DNA from: Eledone cirrhosa
Taxonomy: Eukaryota
Length of the DNA: 64,000 nucleotides
Assembly (NCBI GenBank): GCA_964016885.1
Contig: OZ024759.1
Location: 20,088,001-20,152,000 of the forward strand
Direction of reading: 5' to 3'
In this document: positions 12,567 through 27,091 of the stretch, piece after piece
Position numbering within the stretch: position 1 is the first letter of the stretch
Layout: each line of letters begins with the position of its first letter
Translations under genes and position numbers: made by a program
Notes under the pieces: model-generated
The model's database searches: none
What the model was told of the DNA's origin: nothing
What the model saw: only the letters and a program-made list of their open reading frames with translations

Positions 12567-12762
12567 CCCTCTTCCTGCTATTTCAAGCGTTAACCTAATA
12601 TATCTCTTCTATATACTGTACTGATTGTGTTGTTATTTCTGTTTACCTTTTACATATATATATATACACACACACACACATATATGTGTGTGTGTGTGTA
12701 TATACATATGTGTGTATATATGTATATATACATAAATATATATGTACACATGCATATATATA

Positions 12763-12824
<62 letters not shown>

Positions 12825-12855
12825 TGTACACACATATATTTGTGTATATATGTAA

Positions 12856-12896
<41 letters not shown>

Positions 12897-12916
12897 CATA
12901 TATACACACATATATA

Positions 12917-12963
<47 letters not shown>

Positions 12964-13046
12964 AGATGTATATATGAACATATATACACCCATATATATA
13001 TGTGTACATATATGTGTACATATATGTGTACATATATGTATATATA

Positions 13047-13081
<35 letters not shown>

Positions 13082-13435
13082 GCATATATATGTATGTATG
13101 GATGTATATATGAGCATATATACACCCATACAGCTTTAATTAGAAGGATCACCTTTGTCCACCAATAAACATACACACGTGGCTAATTGCAATATTAATT
13201 TTTGTTCTCTCTCTGAACTTCTTCTTCGTTAATTATTTAAGTGCTTAATTATTAAATATCGAAGACTTCTCGTTACGCTGCTGTGATCTGTGTCTCTAAT
13301 GAAGCATGACCTGTTCACTAATCAAGCTTGACCTGTTCACTAATCAAGCAGAACAGTACTAACTACTGGTACTAACTACTTTATAAATGAATATTAAGTA
13401 TTAATGATGCTAATGGAGTCAGTTTCCCCGCAAAA

Positions 13436-13467
<32 letters not shown>

Positions 13468-13635
13468 CACACACAGATACATACATAAATATATATATAT
13501 ATGCACAGGGATGAAAATCACACACTTATTAGTATCATGTTTATATATATATAGAGAGAGAGCGAGAGATAGATATGTACATATGTATAGGTATGTATGT
13601 ATATATGTATGTAGGTAGGTATGTATGTATATATG

Positions 13636-14220
13636 TATGGTAACATGTATCCCAGTACAACCTGTCTCATGGTCGAGTCGTTGGCGACTAAACTGGCAAC
13701 CCCACCAAGGTTTCTTGGTGAGGAGGGTGACTTTGGACATCCTGCAGGACTAAAAACAAAACCTGTCAAAGGGCAAAGGAGCTCTTAAGAGTCAATGGCC
13801 ATCCAAAATCACCGGGAGAGATGACCCCTTAGCCTTTGTCAAGGCAGAATTCTAGGAGAAGGAAAACTCTGATATAACACCTGCAACCCTGATGGTATCC
13901 AATGATGTTGAATTGTTCTTCTTTTTGGTAAATATCATCTTGGTTAAGAGAGTGGGACTGGCTTTGTGCAGTGCCTTTGCTCACTATAAAAGCTTCACAG
14001 CACAGGCATTGCTTTATATCTGGAGATCTCTCTGCACTTGTCGTCGGGTGGTGCCATGGGCCCGGCACTGTGTGTCGGTGGTTGTCACAAGTGTAGTGGT
14101 GTACCAGAGTTTTCAAGTCGCTGGCTGGACTAAAAAGTCACACTCGTTCAGCGCATCGGTAGGGGTTCTCCTACATGGATATAAAGTAGTGGCCGTACTC
14201 GAAAACATGTTAGCAGCCAC
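13636..14220 (+). repeat. ~580 bp dispersed repeat, possibly derived from an RTE 5' UTR
   Basis: Near-identical to ~59030-59612; partial reverse copies at ~30163-30320 and ~62452-62640; contains ctaggagaaggaaaactctga. Confidence 0.75.
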
Positions 14221-14394
14221 CATATATGTATATATGTAGGTATGTATGTATATAGGTAGGTATGTATATATGTATATAGGTAGGTATGTATGTATATATG
14301 TATGTATATATGTAGGTATGTATGTATATATGTATATATGTATATATGTGGGTATGTATATGTATATATATGTATATGAATGAATATTTGTATA

Positions 14395-14436
<42 letters not shown>

Positions 14437-14592
14437 AATATATGTATATACATATATATATATATGTATATATATATATATGTGTGTGTGTGTGAATATA
14501 TGTATATACATATATATATATATATGCATGTATATGTGTGTATATATATATATATGTATATATATGTATATGAATGAATATTTGTATATATT

Positions 14593-14626
<34 letters not shown>

Positions 14627-14654
14627 AATATATGTATATACATATATATATATG

Positions 14655-14686
<32 letters not shown>

Positions 14687-15709
14687 AATATATGTATATA
14701 CATATATATATATATATATATGCATGTATATGTGTGTATATATATATATGTATATATATGTATGTATATATATAAACCAATAATGTATTTCAACACATAG
14801 GTTTTGGATAAAAAGAAATTCCAAAAGAAATTCTAAATCTTCATTGTTGTCCTCATCATCATCATCATCATCATCATCCATCTTTGCTATCATCACCACC
14901 ACTACCACCCCAGCCGTCATCACTATCATCATCATCACTACCATCATCATCATCACCATCACCACTCCAACAAGCATCATCACTTCTACCATCATCATCA
15001 CCATGACCACCACTACCACCGCCGCCACTACTACCACCACCATCACCGTCATCACCACCGTCATCACCACTGTCATCATCACCGCCACCATCACCACCAC
15101 CACCACCACAACCACCACCATCACCACCACCATCACCACCACCACAACCACAACCACCACCACTGTCATCACCATCATATACATACATACACATGCTCAC
15201 ACACTGACATACATACAATGCTCACACACACACACACATACAGACACTAACATACTGACACCCACATACATACTCACACATACAGATACATACACTCAGA
15301 TACACATACATACACACTGACACTAACACATAAACACACATACATACACACAGACACTAACACACACAAACAGACACCCACAATGTCACTAACACTTACA
15401 TACACATACACACACACAAGCACACACACTGGCACACACACATACACACACACACACACTGACACCCACACACACATACACACTGACACCCACACACACA
15501 TACACACTGACACCCCATTCACACACACTGACATCTACACACATACACACTGACACCCACACACACACACACACACTCTGCCACCCCCACACAATCTGCC
15601 ACCCACACAGATACACACGCTCTGCCACCCACACATACACACACTTGCACCCACCCCCCACACACACACACATACACATGTGATGATGGTAACAATGATG
15701 GTGTTAGTA

Positions 15710-15742
<33 letters not shown>

Positions 15743-16179
15743 CTATTAATGGTGATAATGATGATGTTATTAATGGTGATAAGGATGATGATGATGATGA
15801 TGATGCTATTAATGGTGGTGATGATGATGATGATGATGATGTCATTAATGGTGATAATGATGATGATGATGTTATTAATGGTGATAATGATGATGATGAT
15901 GTCATTAATGGTGATGATGATGAGGATATTAATGGTGATGATGATGATGATGATGTTATTAATGGTGATGATGATGATGATGATGATGTTATTAATGGTG
16001 ATGATGATGTTATTAATGGTGATGATGATGATGATGATGATGTTAATGGCAATGCCATACCAGGTGGTATGTCAACATACATCTGTCAACATCCTCAGTA
16101 GACTTCCTTCCCTTTAGTTAGATCTAACATCCCAGATCTTATGTTTTGTGGGGGAGGAGGAGGAGACTGATGACAGCAA

Positions 16180-16458
16180 TAATTGTTTCTACTTTTGGCA
16201 CAAGGTCAGCAGTTAACCCAGTGTATTACTGGTACTTTTAAGCTAACCTCAATGGGTAATAATAATAATAATTGCTTCTACTTTTGGCACAAGGCCAGCA
16301 GTTAACTCTGTGTATTAATGGTACTTTATTTTATCGACCCCATAAGGATGAAAGGCAAAGTTAACCTCGGTGGAATTTGAACTCAGAATGGCAAGGGCCA
16401 TAACTCTATGCCTCAAAACATGGCGTCTGACGCTCTAGCCATACTGCCAATCCACCAA
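16180..16458 (-). mobile_element. SINE family B copy plus duplicated 3' part
   Basis: Same consensus. Confidence 0.85.
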
Positions 16459-16543
16459 TAGTGCTAAGATGGGAGAGAAGACAGGATAATAGGAATAGTC
16501 AGAAGTAGAAGAAGAAAAAGGCAAAGAAGAAGAAGGCAAAGAA

Positions 16544-18205
16544 GAGAGTTGCTGAAGCATGGAACAATCTGCCTGCGTCAGTTGTTAGCTGTCGAGACAC
16601 TGCATCCTTTAAAATCTCCATGGAACAAACTACCTGCATCAGTTGTTACCTGCCAAGACACTGCATCCTTTAAAACCTCCATGGAACAATCTGCCTGCGT
16701 CAGTTGTTAGCTGCCAAGACACTGCATCCTTTAAAACCTCCATGGAACAATCTGCCTGCGTCAGTTGTTAGCTGCCAAGACACTGCTTCCTTTAAAACCT
16801 CCATGGAACAATCTGCCTGCGTCAGTTGTTAGTTGCCGAGACACTGTATCCTTTAAAACCTCCATGGAACAATCTGCCTGCGTCAGTTGTTAGCTGTCGA
16901 GACACTGCATCCTTTAAAACCTCCATGGAACAAACTGCCTGCGTCAGTTGTTAGCTGTCGAGACACTGCATCCTTTAAAACCTCCATGGAACAAACTGCC
17001 TGCGTCAGTTGTTAGCTGTCGAGACACTGCATCCTTTAAAATCTCCATGGAACAAACTACCTGCATCAGTTGTTAGCTGTCAAGACACTGCATCCTTTAA
17101 AACCTCCATGGAACAAACTACCTGCATCAGTTGTTACCTGCCAAGACACTGCTTCCTTTAAAACCTCCATGGAACAATCTGCCTGCGTCAGTTGTTAGTT
17201 GCCGAGACACTGTATCCTTTAAAACCTCCATGGAACAATCTGCCTGCGTCAGTTGTTAGCTGTCGAGACACTGCATCCTTTAAAACCTCCATGGAACAAA
17301 CTGCCTGCGTCAGTTGTTAGCTGTCGAGACACTGCATCCTTTAAAACCTCCATGGAACAAACTGCCTGCGTCAGTTGTTAGCTGTCGAGACACTGCATCC
17401 TTTAAAATCTCCATGGAACAAACTACCTGCATCAGTTGTTAGCTGTCAAGACACTGCATCCTTTAAAACCTCCATGGAACAAACTACCTGCATCAGTTGT
17501 TACCTGCCAAGACACTGCTTCCTTTAAAACCTCCATGGAACAATCTGCCTGCGTCAGTTGTTAGCTGTCGAGACACTGCATCCTTTAAAATCTCCATGGA
17601 ACAAACTACCTGCATCAGTTGTTACCTGCCAAGACACTGCTTCCTTTAAAACCTCCATGGAACAATCTGCCTGCGTCAGTTGTTAGCTGTCGAGACACTG
17701 CATCCTTTAAAATCTCCATGGAACAAACTACCTGCATCAGTTGTTACCTGCCAAGACACTGCTTCCTTTAAAACCTCCATGGAACAATCTGCCTGCGTCA
17801 GTTGTTAATTGCCGAGACACTGTATCCTTTAAAACCTCCATGGAACAATCTGCCTGCGTCAGTTGTTAGCTGTCGAGACACTGCATCCTTTAAAACCTCC
17901 ATGGAACAAACTGCCTGCGTCAGTTGTTAGCTGTCGAGACACTGCATCCTTTAAAACCTCCATGGAACAAACTACCTGCGTCAGTTGTTAGCTGCCGAGA
18001 CACTGCATCCTTTAAAACCCTCATGCTTCCTGAAATACGCCAAAACTACACCTAATGTACCCCTTCCATACACATGCACACATGTGTATATCATAACTCA
18101 TGCACTGTTCATTTTCCTGACGTTTGTACATTACCCTATGTACTATACATACACTTTTTGATGAGTTGTAGTGCACCTGAGCACTGTACACAATATTTTC
18201 ATTAT
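16544..18205 (+). mobile_element. CR1-type LINE 3' end containing a 61 bp minisatellite (~24 copies, 16558-18022)
   Basis: RVAEAWNNLPASVVSCRDTASFK motif repeated, followed by a unique 3' UTR. Confidence 0.9.
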
Positions 18206-18218
18206 TAAGAAGAAGACA

Positions 18219-18412
18219 GGCGGTGGATTGGCAGTATCGGTAGAGGGTTGGACGCCCTGCTTTGCAGCAAAAAAGAGTTATGTCCCTTTATGGTCTGAGT
18301 CCAAATCCCGCCGAGGTTAACTTTGCCTTTCATCCTTACTTGGTCGATAAAATAAAGTACCAGTGGTGCACTGGGTAATTGCTGGCCTTGTGCCAAAAGT
18401 AGAAATAATTAT
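18219..18412 (+). mobile_element. SINE family B copy
   Basis: Same consensus. Confidence 0.85.
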
Positions 18413-19420
18413 TAAGAAGAAGGCAAAGAAGGCAAAAAAGAAGACGATGATGAAGGCGAAGAAGAAGAAGAAGAACAAGAAGGCAAAGAAGAAGAAGAAG
18501 AAGGCAAAGAAGAAGAAGAACAACAAGAATACAAAGAAGAAGAACAACAACAAGAATACAAAGAAGAAGAAGGCAAAGAAGAAGAAGAAGGCAAAGAAGA
18601 AGAAGAAGGCAAAGAAGAAGAAGAACAACAAGAATACAAAGAAGAAGAAGGCAAAGAAGAAGAAGAACAACAAGAATACAAAGAAGAAGAAGGCAAAGAA
18701 GAAGAAGAACAAGAATACAAAGAAGAAGAAGGCAAAGAAGAAGAACAACAAGAATACAAAGAAGAAGAAGGCAAAGAAGATGAAGAACAACAAGAATACA
18801 AAGAAGAAGAAGGCAAAGAAGAAGAAGAACAACAAGAATACAAAGAAGAAGAAGGCAAAGAAGAAGAACAACAAGAATACAAAGAAGAAGAAGGCAAAGA
18901 AGAAGAACAACAAGAATACAAAGAAGAAGAAGGCAAAGAAGAAGAACAACAAGAATACAAAGAAGAAGAAGGCAAAGAAGATGAAGAACAACAAGAATAC
19001 AAAGAAGAAGAAGGCAAAGAAGAAGAAGAACAACAAGAATACAAAGAAGAAGAAGGCAAAGAAGATGAAGAACAAGAATACAAAGAAGAAGAAGGCAAAG
19101 AAGAAGAACAACAAGAATACAAAGAAGAAGAAGGCAAAGAAGGAGAAGAACAACAAGAATACAAAGAAGAAGAAGGCAAAGAAGGAGAAGAACAACAAGA
19201 ATACAAAGAAGAAGAAGGCAAAGAAGGAGAAGAACAACAAGAATACAAAGAAGAAGAAGGCAAAGAAGGAGAAGAACAACAAGAATACAAGAAGAAGAAG
19301 GCAAAGAAGGAGAAGAACAACAAGAATACAAAGAAGAAGAAGGCAAAGAAGGAGAAGAACAACAAGAATACAAAGAAGAAGAAGGCAAAGAAGATGAAGA
19401 AGAAGAAGAAGAAGACAGGA
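18413..19420. repeat. (GAA)-based compound minisatellite, ~39-42 bp unit
   Basis: aacaacaagaatacaaagaagaagaaggcaaagaagaag repeated. Confidence 0.9.
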
Positions 19421-19836
19421 GAGGAGAGAAAAAAGAGAAGAAAAACAAGAATAAGAATAAGTTAAAAAAGAAGAGCTGGTGCTTATTCGTCATTCATCTT
19501 CATTCAATCACAATGGAATCTGATACGAAACAAAAGAAAATGAAATGAAATGGGAAAAAAGAAAGAAAGGAAGAACTAAGGTAGAGGAAAGCAACACGAC
19601 CCAGAAATGATGTAAAAAAAAAAGGAAAGAAAAATGAAAGGAAAGGAAAAACAAAAATTTTGAAACAAAATACCAAAAAAAAAAAGGAAAATATATAATT
19701 ACTAGAAAACACAAGCTATCTCCTACTTAGAGAAAAAAACACAAATAAAACTTGTATGTATGTGTGTGTATAAATGTATATATGTATATATATATGTATA
19801 TGTATATTATGTATATATGTATATTATGTATATATG

Positions 19837-19874
<38 letters not shown>

Positions 19875-20233
19875 TGTAATGTATATATGTATATATATAT
19901 ATGTATATTATGTATATATATATATATGTATATTATGTATATATATATATATATATATGTATATTATGTATATATATATATATGTATATTATGTATATAT
20001 ATATATATATATGTATATTATGTATATATGTATATATATATATGTATGTTATGTATATATATATATATATACACATGTATGTATGTATGTTATATATATA
20101 TATATATATATACACATGTATGTATGTATGTTATATATATATATATATATATAAATACAAGTGTGTATATATTTATGTATACGTGTGTATATATTTATAT
20201 ATATATATACATAGGTTTATATATATATATATG

Positions 20234-20266
<33 letters not shown>

Positions 20267-20283
20267 ATATAGGTATATATAGG

Positions 20284-20318
<35 letters not shown>

Positions 20319-20329
20319 GTATATATAGG

Positions 20330-20369
<40 letters not shown>

Positions 20370-20477
20370 CTATACTTTTCATTTCATCATCATCATCATC
20401 ATCATCGTTTAACGTCCATGTTCCACGCTTGCATGGGTATGTATATATATATATATATACATAGGTATATATATAGG

Positions 20478-20521
<44 letters not shown>

Positions 20522-22933
20522 TATACATAGGTATATGTACCTATATATATATATAGGTACATAAACATAGGTGTATATATGAACTCAGAATCGGGAATAA
20601 TTACAGAAAAACTTACCCACCCCCCTCTGTAAAACACAAGAAATGGTGGTGGAGGTGTCTGGGGAGGTGTGACTTGAAGAACAAGAACGACAACAACATG
20701 GAGAAGAAGGGGTAGAAGAAAAAGGAAGGAGCAGAAGAGGTAGAAGAAAAAGGAAGGAGCAGAAGAGGAGGAAGAAGAGAAGTACAAGAACAACAGTACT
20801 ACCACCACCACCACCACACCACCATCACCACACCACCACCCACATCACCACTGCACCACACCACCACCCACATCACCACTGCACCACACCATCACCATCA
20901 CCATCACCACAACACCACCACCACCACTACCATCACCACACCTTTATTACCATCACCACAACACCAACACCACACCACACCACCACCATACCACCACCAC
21001 CACATCACCACCAACACCACCACCATACCACCACCACCACATCACCACCACCACCATACCACTACCATCACCACACCACCATCGCCATCACACCACCACC
21101 ACCATACCACCACTACCATCACCATCACCATACCACCACTACCATCACCATCACACCACCACCACCATACCACCACCATCACCACCACACCACCACCACA
21201 CTGCCATCACCATCACACCACCACCACCACACTGCCATCACCATCACACCACCACCACCACACTGCCATCACCATCACACCACCACTACCATCATCACTA
21301 TCATCACCATCACACCACCACCACCACACCACCACCACCACACTGCCATCACCATCACACCACCACCACCACACCACTACCATCACACCACCACCACCAC
21401 ACTGCCATCACCATCACACCACCACTACCACACCACCACCACCACACTCCCATCACCATCACACCACCACTACCATCATCACTACCATCACCATCACACC
21501 ACCACCACCACACCACTACCATCACACCACCACCACCACACCACCACCACCACACTGCTATCACCATCACACCACCACTACCATCACCACCATCACACCA
21601 TCACCATCACACCACCACTACCATCATCACCACCATCACACCATCACACTACCATCATCACCACCATCACACCATCACACCACCACTACCATCATCACCA
21701 CCATCACACCATCACCACCGCCACTACCAGCAACAAGAACAACATGAAGAAATACACAAAGACGAGCAACAACAATAACAACAACACCTGAAAGAAGAAT
21801 AAGTGGATTAGGAGAAAGAAGAAAAGGATGAAGATGGTTGGGAAGAAGAAGAAGAAGAAGAAGAAAACGATTTGTAAGAAGACGAAGAGAAAGAAAAAGA
21901 TTTGTAAGAAGACGAAGAAAAAGAAAAAGAAGAGAAGGCAAACAAGGAGACAAAGAAGATGGGGAAGAAGAAAAAGGAGACAATGAAGGATTTGGACGAA
22001 AAAGAAGACGACGAAAAAGATTTGGACGAAGAAGAAGAGAAGGCAAAGAAGGAGATGCGGAAGAAAAAGAAGACGATGAAGGATTTGGAAGAAAAAGAAG
22101 ACGAAGAAGAAGAGGAGGCAAAGAAGGAGATGGGGAAGAAGAAGAAAACGACGATGAAGGATTTGGACGAAAAAGAAGACAACAACGAACAAAAGATTTG
22201 GAAGAAGACGAAGAAAAAAGACGACGAAGAAGAAGATTCGGAAGAAGAAGAAGACAAATACGAAGAAGAAAAAGAAGTAGATTGGTAAGAAGAAATTGAA
22301 AGATGGAAAGCTGGTGCTTATATTGGAGCTCTCTGTAAGAATCTTTCAGTTCTCATATCCCAGAATACAATAGACACTTATTTCCTGTGTACCGTTGTGT
22401 AAAAAATGCACGATGCTGCAAGTCGGATAATTGCTTTACTTGGCGTACAAAAGGAAGCTCTTGTGTTCCTTAAAACTGTTCTTTGGTGAATTGACAATTG
22501 GAGAAAAGAAGAAAAAAATTGTAGAAGGAGGTGGGATGAGGTGGGAAAAAGTATTTAACAAAAAAAAAAAAATGGTAAAAAGGAATAATGGAAGAAAGAA
22601 AGGAAAAAAAAAAGGAAGAATACATTTAAAGAAAATATGGTAAGAATGAAACAACTGCAGTAACAGATATGTGTGTGTCTGTCTGTGAGTGTATGTGTGG
22701 ATGTATGTGTGTGTGTGTGTGTGGATGTATGTATGCATGAATATATGTGTATAGATATATGTGTGTATGTATATGTATGGGTGTATGTATATATATGTAT
22801 ATATGTGTGTGTGTGTATTTATATATATGTGTATATCTATATATACACATACATATATAAATACATACACACATACATATACACACATATATATACACAC
22901 ACATATATGTATGTATGTATATATATGTATATG

Positions 22934-22965
<32 letters not shown>

Positions 22966-23122
22966 AATATATATAAATACATATTTTTCTTATCATTGTG
23001 AGTTTGTAACTATATTATAATTTGATATATATATATATATATATATGTATGTATACACACACACACATATATACACACACAAAGTTGTATGCTCAGCAGG
23101 TGAATTACATGATAAAGTTATA

Positions 23123-23183
<61 letters not shown>

Positions 23184-23392
23184 TGTAGATGTAACTTATA
23201 CTGTGTAAATGTGTGTATAAATCTACACACTTTTTGTATATAGACATGTAAACATTCTAAATATATGTATTTCCTTGTAAATTGATAAAAATGATAATCA
23301 CCTTTAATTGATTCTTGGATCAGGTTAAGTTCCTTCTCAGAAGGTATATATGACACCTAAAGAACCTCAGGAAATATGTAAACAAGGAACTT

Positions 23393-24119
23393 CATCATCA
23401 TCATTTTACGTCCGCTTTTTCCCTGCTTGCAAGGGTGGGATGGGAACTGATTCTGGCTTGATTTCTACAGCTGGATGCCCTTCCTAACACCAACCTCATT
23501 TACAATGAGTGCTGGGTGCTTTTTTGCTGTGGCACCTCCACGACCACTTTACAGTGTGGGCTGGGTGCTTTTTTGCCGTGGCACCTCCACGACCACTTTA
23601 CAGTGTGGGCTGGGTGCTTTTTTGCCATGGCACCTCCACGACCACTTTACAGTGTGGGCTGGGTGCCTTTTTGCCGTGGCACCTCCACGACCATTTTACA
23701 GTGAGTGCTGGGTGCTTTTTTGCCATGGCACCTCCACGACCACTTTACAGTGTGGGCTGGGTGCTTTTTTGCTGTGGCACCTCCACGACCACGTTACATT
23801 GAGTGCTGGGTGCCTTTTTGCCGTGGCACCTCCACGACCACTTTACAGTGAGTGCTGGGTGCTTTTTTGCCGTGGCACCTCCACGACCACGTTACATTGA
23901 GTGCTGGGTGCCTTTTTGCCGTGGCACCTCCACGACCACTTTACAGTGGAATGATGGGGACCCCAGTCCCTATCATCTCATTTCTACAGCTGAGTAAACT
24001 GGATCAATGTGAAATAAAGTGTCTTGCTCAAGGAAACAACACATCACCCGGTCTGAGAATTGAACTCACAACCTTTCGATTGCAAAGCCAATGCTCTAAC
24101 CACTAAGCCATGTGCCTCC
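23393..24119 (-). mobile_element. SINE family A copy with internal ~49 bp tandem expansion
   Basis: Head and tail intact; ~9 copies of gctgggtgcttttttgccgtggcacctccacgaccactttacagtg. Confidence 0.9.
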
Positions 24120-24819
24120 ATTACATATATCCATATACATATATCCATATAGAGTCTACCCCCGGTATCAAGGTCCTGACATTCATGCTCCCGGTTATTC
24201 GTGGAGTTTTCCTTCAAACTTAACTAATAATTTTTCATGGAAAATTCTTTTAGGATTCTAATAATGTATATATATATATATATATATTAGAAAGATCGAG
24301 TATCGAAAAATCGGCGCACGAGTTCACGATAAACGAAATTCGATATGAGCGGCAGAGGGCTCAATAATTCAGATGAATCAGAGCTATAACTATCGTTAAA
24401 ATACCGTCACATATAGAACAAGTCTACAATCAACCATACGATTTAAAATCGATAAAGGAAGATTCGGGCCAAACAGATAAAAAATATCAATAAAACAATA
24501 CGTCAATAATTTAAATGAATGTAAAATCATACCCGGACCCACTAGACAGGTGTTAAATCTAGCTTCATGGGTTTCTGTAAATCCTTAGACTGTACTCTAT
24601 CAGCTCACATATAAATATAAAAGCCTACTAGAGCAAGTGGAACGGAGGTTTACGTTATCAACGAGTTTTTTCCTATATAGTAATAATAAATGTGAAGACT
24701 AAAATCCAAAGAGGGCTCGATAATGATAATGTATACATATCAAAATATATAAAACCATAGAGCAAATATTTATTAAAATGACACATTAAAGTTTAAGCAA
24801 AGAATCGCTGCTTTCACCC

Positions 24820-25255
24820 TTAACCCTTTAGCATTCACATTATTTTATATATACTAAGGGCGGTGGATTGGCAGTATCGGTAGAGGGTCGGACGCCATGC
24901 TTTGATGCATAGAGTTACGGCCCTTGCTATTCTGAGTTCAAATCCCGCCAAGGTTAACTTTGCCTTTCATCCTTACGGGGTCGATAAAATAAAGTACCCG
25001 TAATACACTGGGTAATTGCTGGCCTTGTGCCAAAAAAGTAGAAACAATTATTTTATATATACTATTATATTTTCATGGTAAAGGCTTTACTTCACATAAT
25101 TATCTCACATAATATCGAATCTATGAGATTTTGAAAGTATTTATTTTGAGAACAATACCTTAACATCAGTTTGAGCGACCAGTTAAAGCCAGTTTCAACA
25201 AAAATAGGTAGAGAATTCTGGCCGGTTTTGGCCGGTTTGAACACTAAAGGGTTAA
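24820..25255 (+). mobile_element. piggyBac-like MITE
   Basis: TTAA|CCCTTTAG ... CTAAAGGG|TTAA. Confidence 0.85.
24859..25052 (+). mobile_element. SINE family B copy nested in a piggyBac-like MITE, with target-site duplication
   Basis: TSD attattttatatatacta at 24839-24856 and 25047-25064. Confidence 0.9.
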
Positions 25256-25336
25256 CAGGATCTTCTGAAACTTTCAGAAGATTCCGTTAAGGGTAAAAGC
25301 AGCAATTCTTTGCTTAAACTTTAATCTGCCATTTTA

Positions 25337-25382
<46 letters not shown>

Positions 25383-25430
25383 AAAGAATGAAGAATAACA
25401 TGATCTATATATACAATAGGGGTTATTTAA

Positions 25431-25541
25431 AGTATTAACAATTGTTTCATTAGTCCCGTGTGTCTAAAAGTCCCTGATCGTTAGAAGTCACGTCACTCGA
25501 CTTTAATTACTGTCGATACCCGACCAAATCATCAGAATACT
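25431..25541 (-). ncRNA. Hammerhead motif with large stem II insertion
   Basis: Reverse complement reads AGTATT-CTGATGA-TTTGGTC..~65 nt..GACTAAT-GAAAC-AATT-GTT-AATACT. Confidence 0.65.
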
Positions 25542-25577
25542 GACCTAGTTGGATTACCTTAAACGATATCTTGTTTT

Positions 25578-25623
<46 letters not shown>

Positions 25624-25684
25624 ATATATATAAATATATATACAATATATTAATAAATAGAAACTATATTTATAAAACCATATT

Positions 25685-25745
25685 TATTTTATTATACATA
25701 TTTCAAGGGCAACCAAGGCATGGTGCGCTTTCATCAGATAAAATA
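25685..25745 (-). ncRNA. Hammerhead motif H1
   Basis: Reverse complement reads tattttat ctgatga aagcgcacca tgcct tggttgccctt gaaa tatgta ta ataaaata. Confidence 0.75.
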
Positions 25746-25834
25746 CAGATTTGTTTTATAAATAAATATTGACATACCCGGAAAAAAAGACAACCTTAAC
25801 GGCTGGAGCTTCCCAACAAATTAAATATAACCTC

Positions 25835-25875
<41 letters not shown>

Positions 25876-26139
25876 CAAAATATAACGTAAAATATAATAA
25901 AGAAAAAAGAAGGGCCATCTTATGCAAAGGGTCATCTATTAGGCCAGCCAGTACAGTATATTGTTAATAATTTAGCGTTAAAAATATATATATATTGTTA
26001 CAAAAAAAAGCCATAAAAATATCATGAAATATATTTACGATTCCATGAATATCTGGTTGTTTCCACAAACAATTATTAGTTAGGTTCTTATGAAAATCCT
26101 GTGAATAACTGGGACTGCGAATACTTGGGGTACACTGTC

Positions 26140-26174
<35 letters not shown>

Positions 26175-27017
26175 TTATTCAATTAAAGAAACATGGTTGA
26201 TTGAAAATCTGCAGACTTTTTCATTTCAGATGTCAAGCAGTCAATGGTTTATATTCAGCTGGAGTTTTATTATAATAATAAACAACTAAGACAGTTAGGT
26301 TAGTTCATCCCTATTTATTTTATTATAGGTACTAGCAGAAAAACCACCCTTCAGCTGGTTTTCTGCTAGCAGGTGCAGTGTGCATATTTATATTATATGC
26401 AAGTATACATACATGTAGATATGATATGTCAAATAAAATCGTAATTGACAATATACACAGAAATTGAAGAGAGACTGTGTTACACTGCCTTATGTAATCA
26501 GTAAAGTAATCCATGATACATTTAAAAAAGATGATATTATATATAAATTGCATCACAGTGAAATGTAATGAAACCTTATATAACGATGCAAATATATGGA
26601 TGTTTATATAAGCAATGTAATAAATGTTATGATATAACACGCTAACCGGAAGTGTAGACATTTGAAAATTTAAAAAGAAGTGAATCTTAAAATAAGCAAT
26701 CATTATATATAAGAATATTTATGTTTAATCAATGGCTACTGAATTTAGTAGATAAATTATGTAATATTCATTCATTATTTATTCAAAGTAATCTAAGTTA
26801 TTTTACTAATCTAAGTTATATTACTAAAGAAATATATTCGGGACACAATCCTGCACTCCTCCCTTTATTATAGTTATGATTTTGAAGATGTATGGCATTT
26901 GTATAACATCTGCCTATCATGTTCTCTTCAGACAAAAATCCACATGAGATGTAAATATCCATTGATATGTTGTTGGTCACATGAGTTATTCACTTCGGCG
27001 ACTGGCAAGCATATGGA

Positions 27018-27091
27018 TTTTTGTCTGAAGAGAACACATAGGGCAGATGTTATACAAATGCCATATGTCTATGAAATACGTATAATAAAAT
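27018..27091 (+). ncRNA. Hammerhead motif, divergent H1-like
   Basis: TTTTTGT-CTGAAGA-stem II (ACATAGGGCA/TGCCATATGT, base unpaired)-GAAA-TACGTA-TA-ATAAAAT. Confidence 0.55.

Noticed and set aside
18363-19397. 344 aa Lys-rich, histone-H1/protamine-like ORF
   Set aside because: Begins inside a SINE and is entirely a GAA minisatellite.
21790-22300. Charged low-complexity ORFs
   Set aside because: Degenerate (GAA)n; no convincing splice sites or domain.
22300-22500. Unique island as a possible minus-strand exon
   Set aside because: No consistent acceptor/donor pair and no recognisable peptide.
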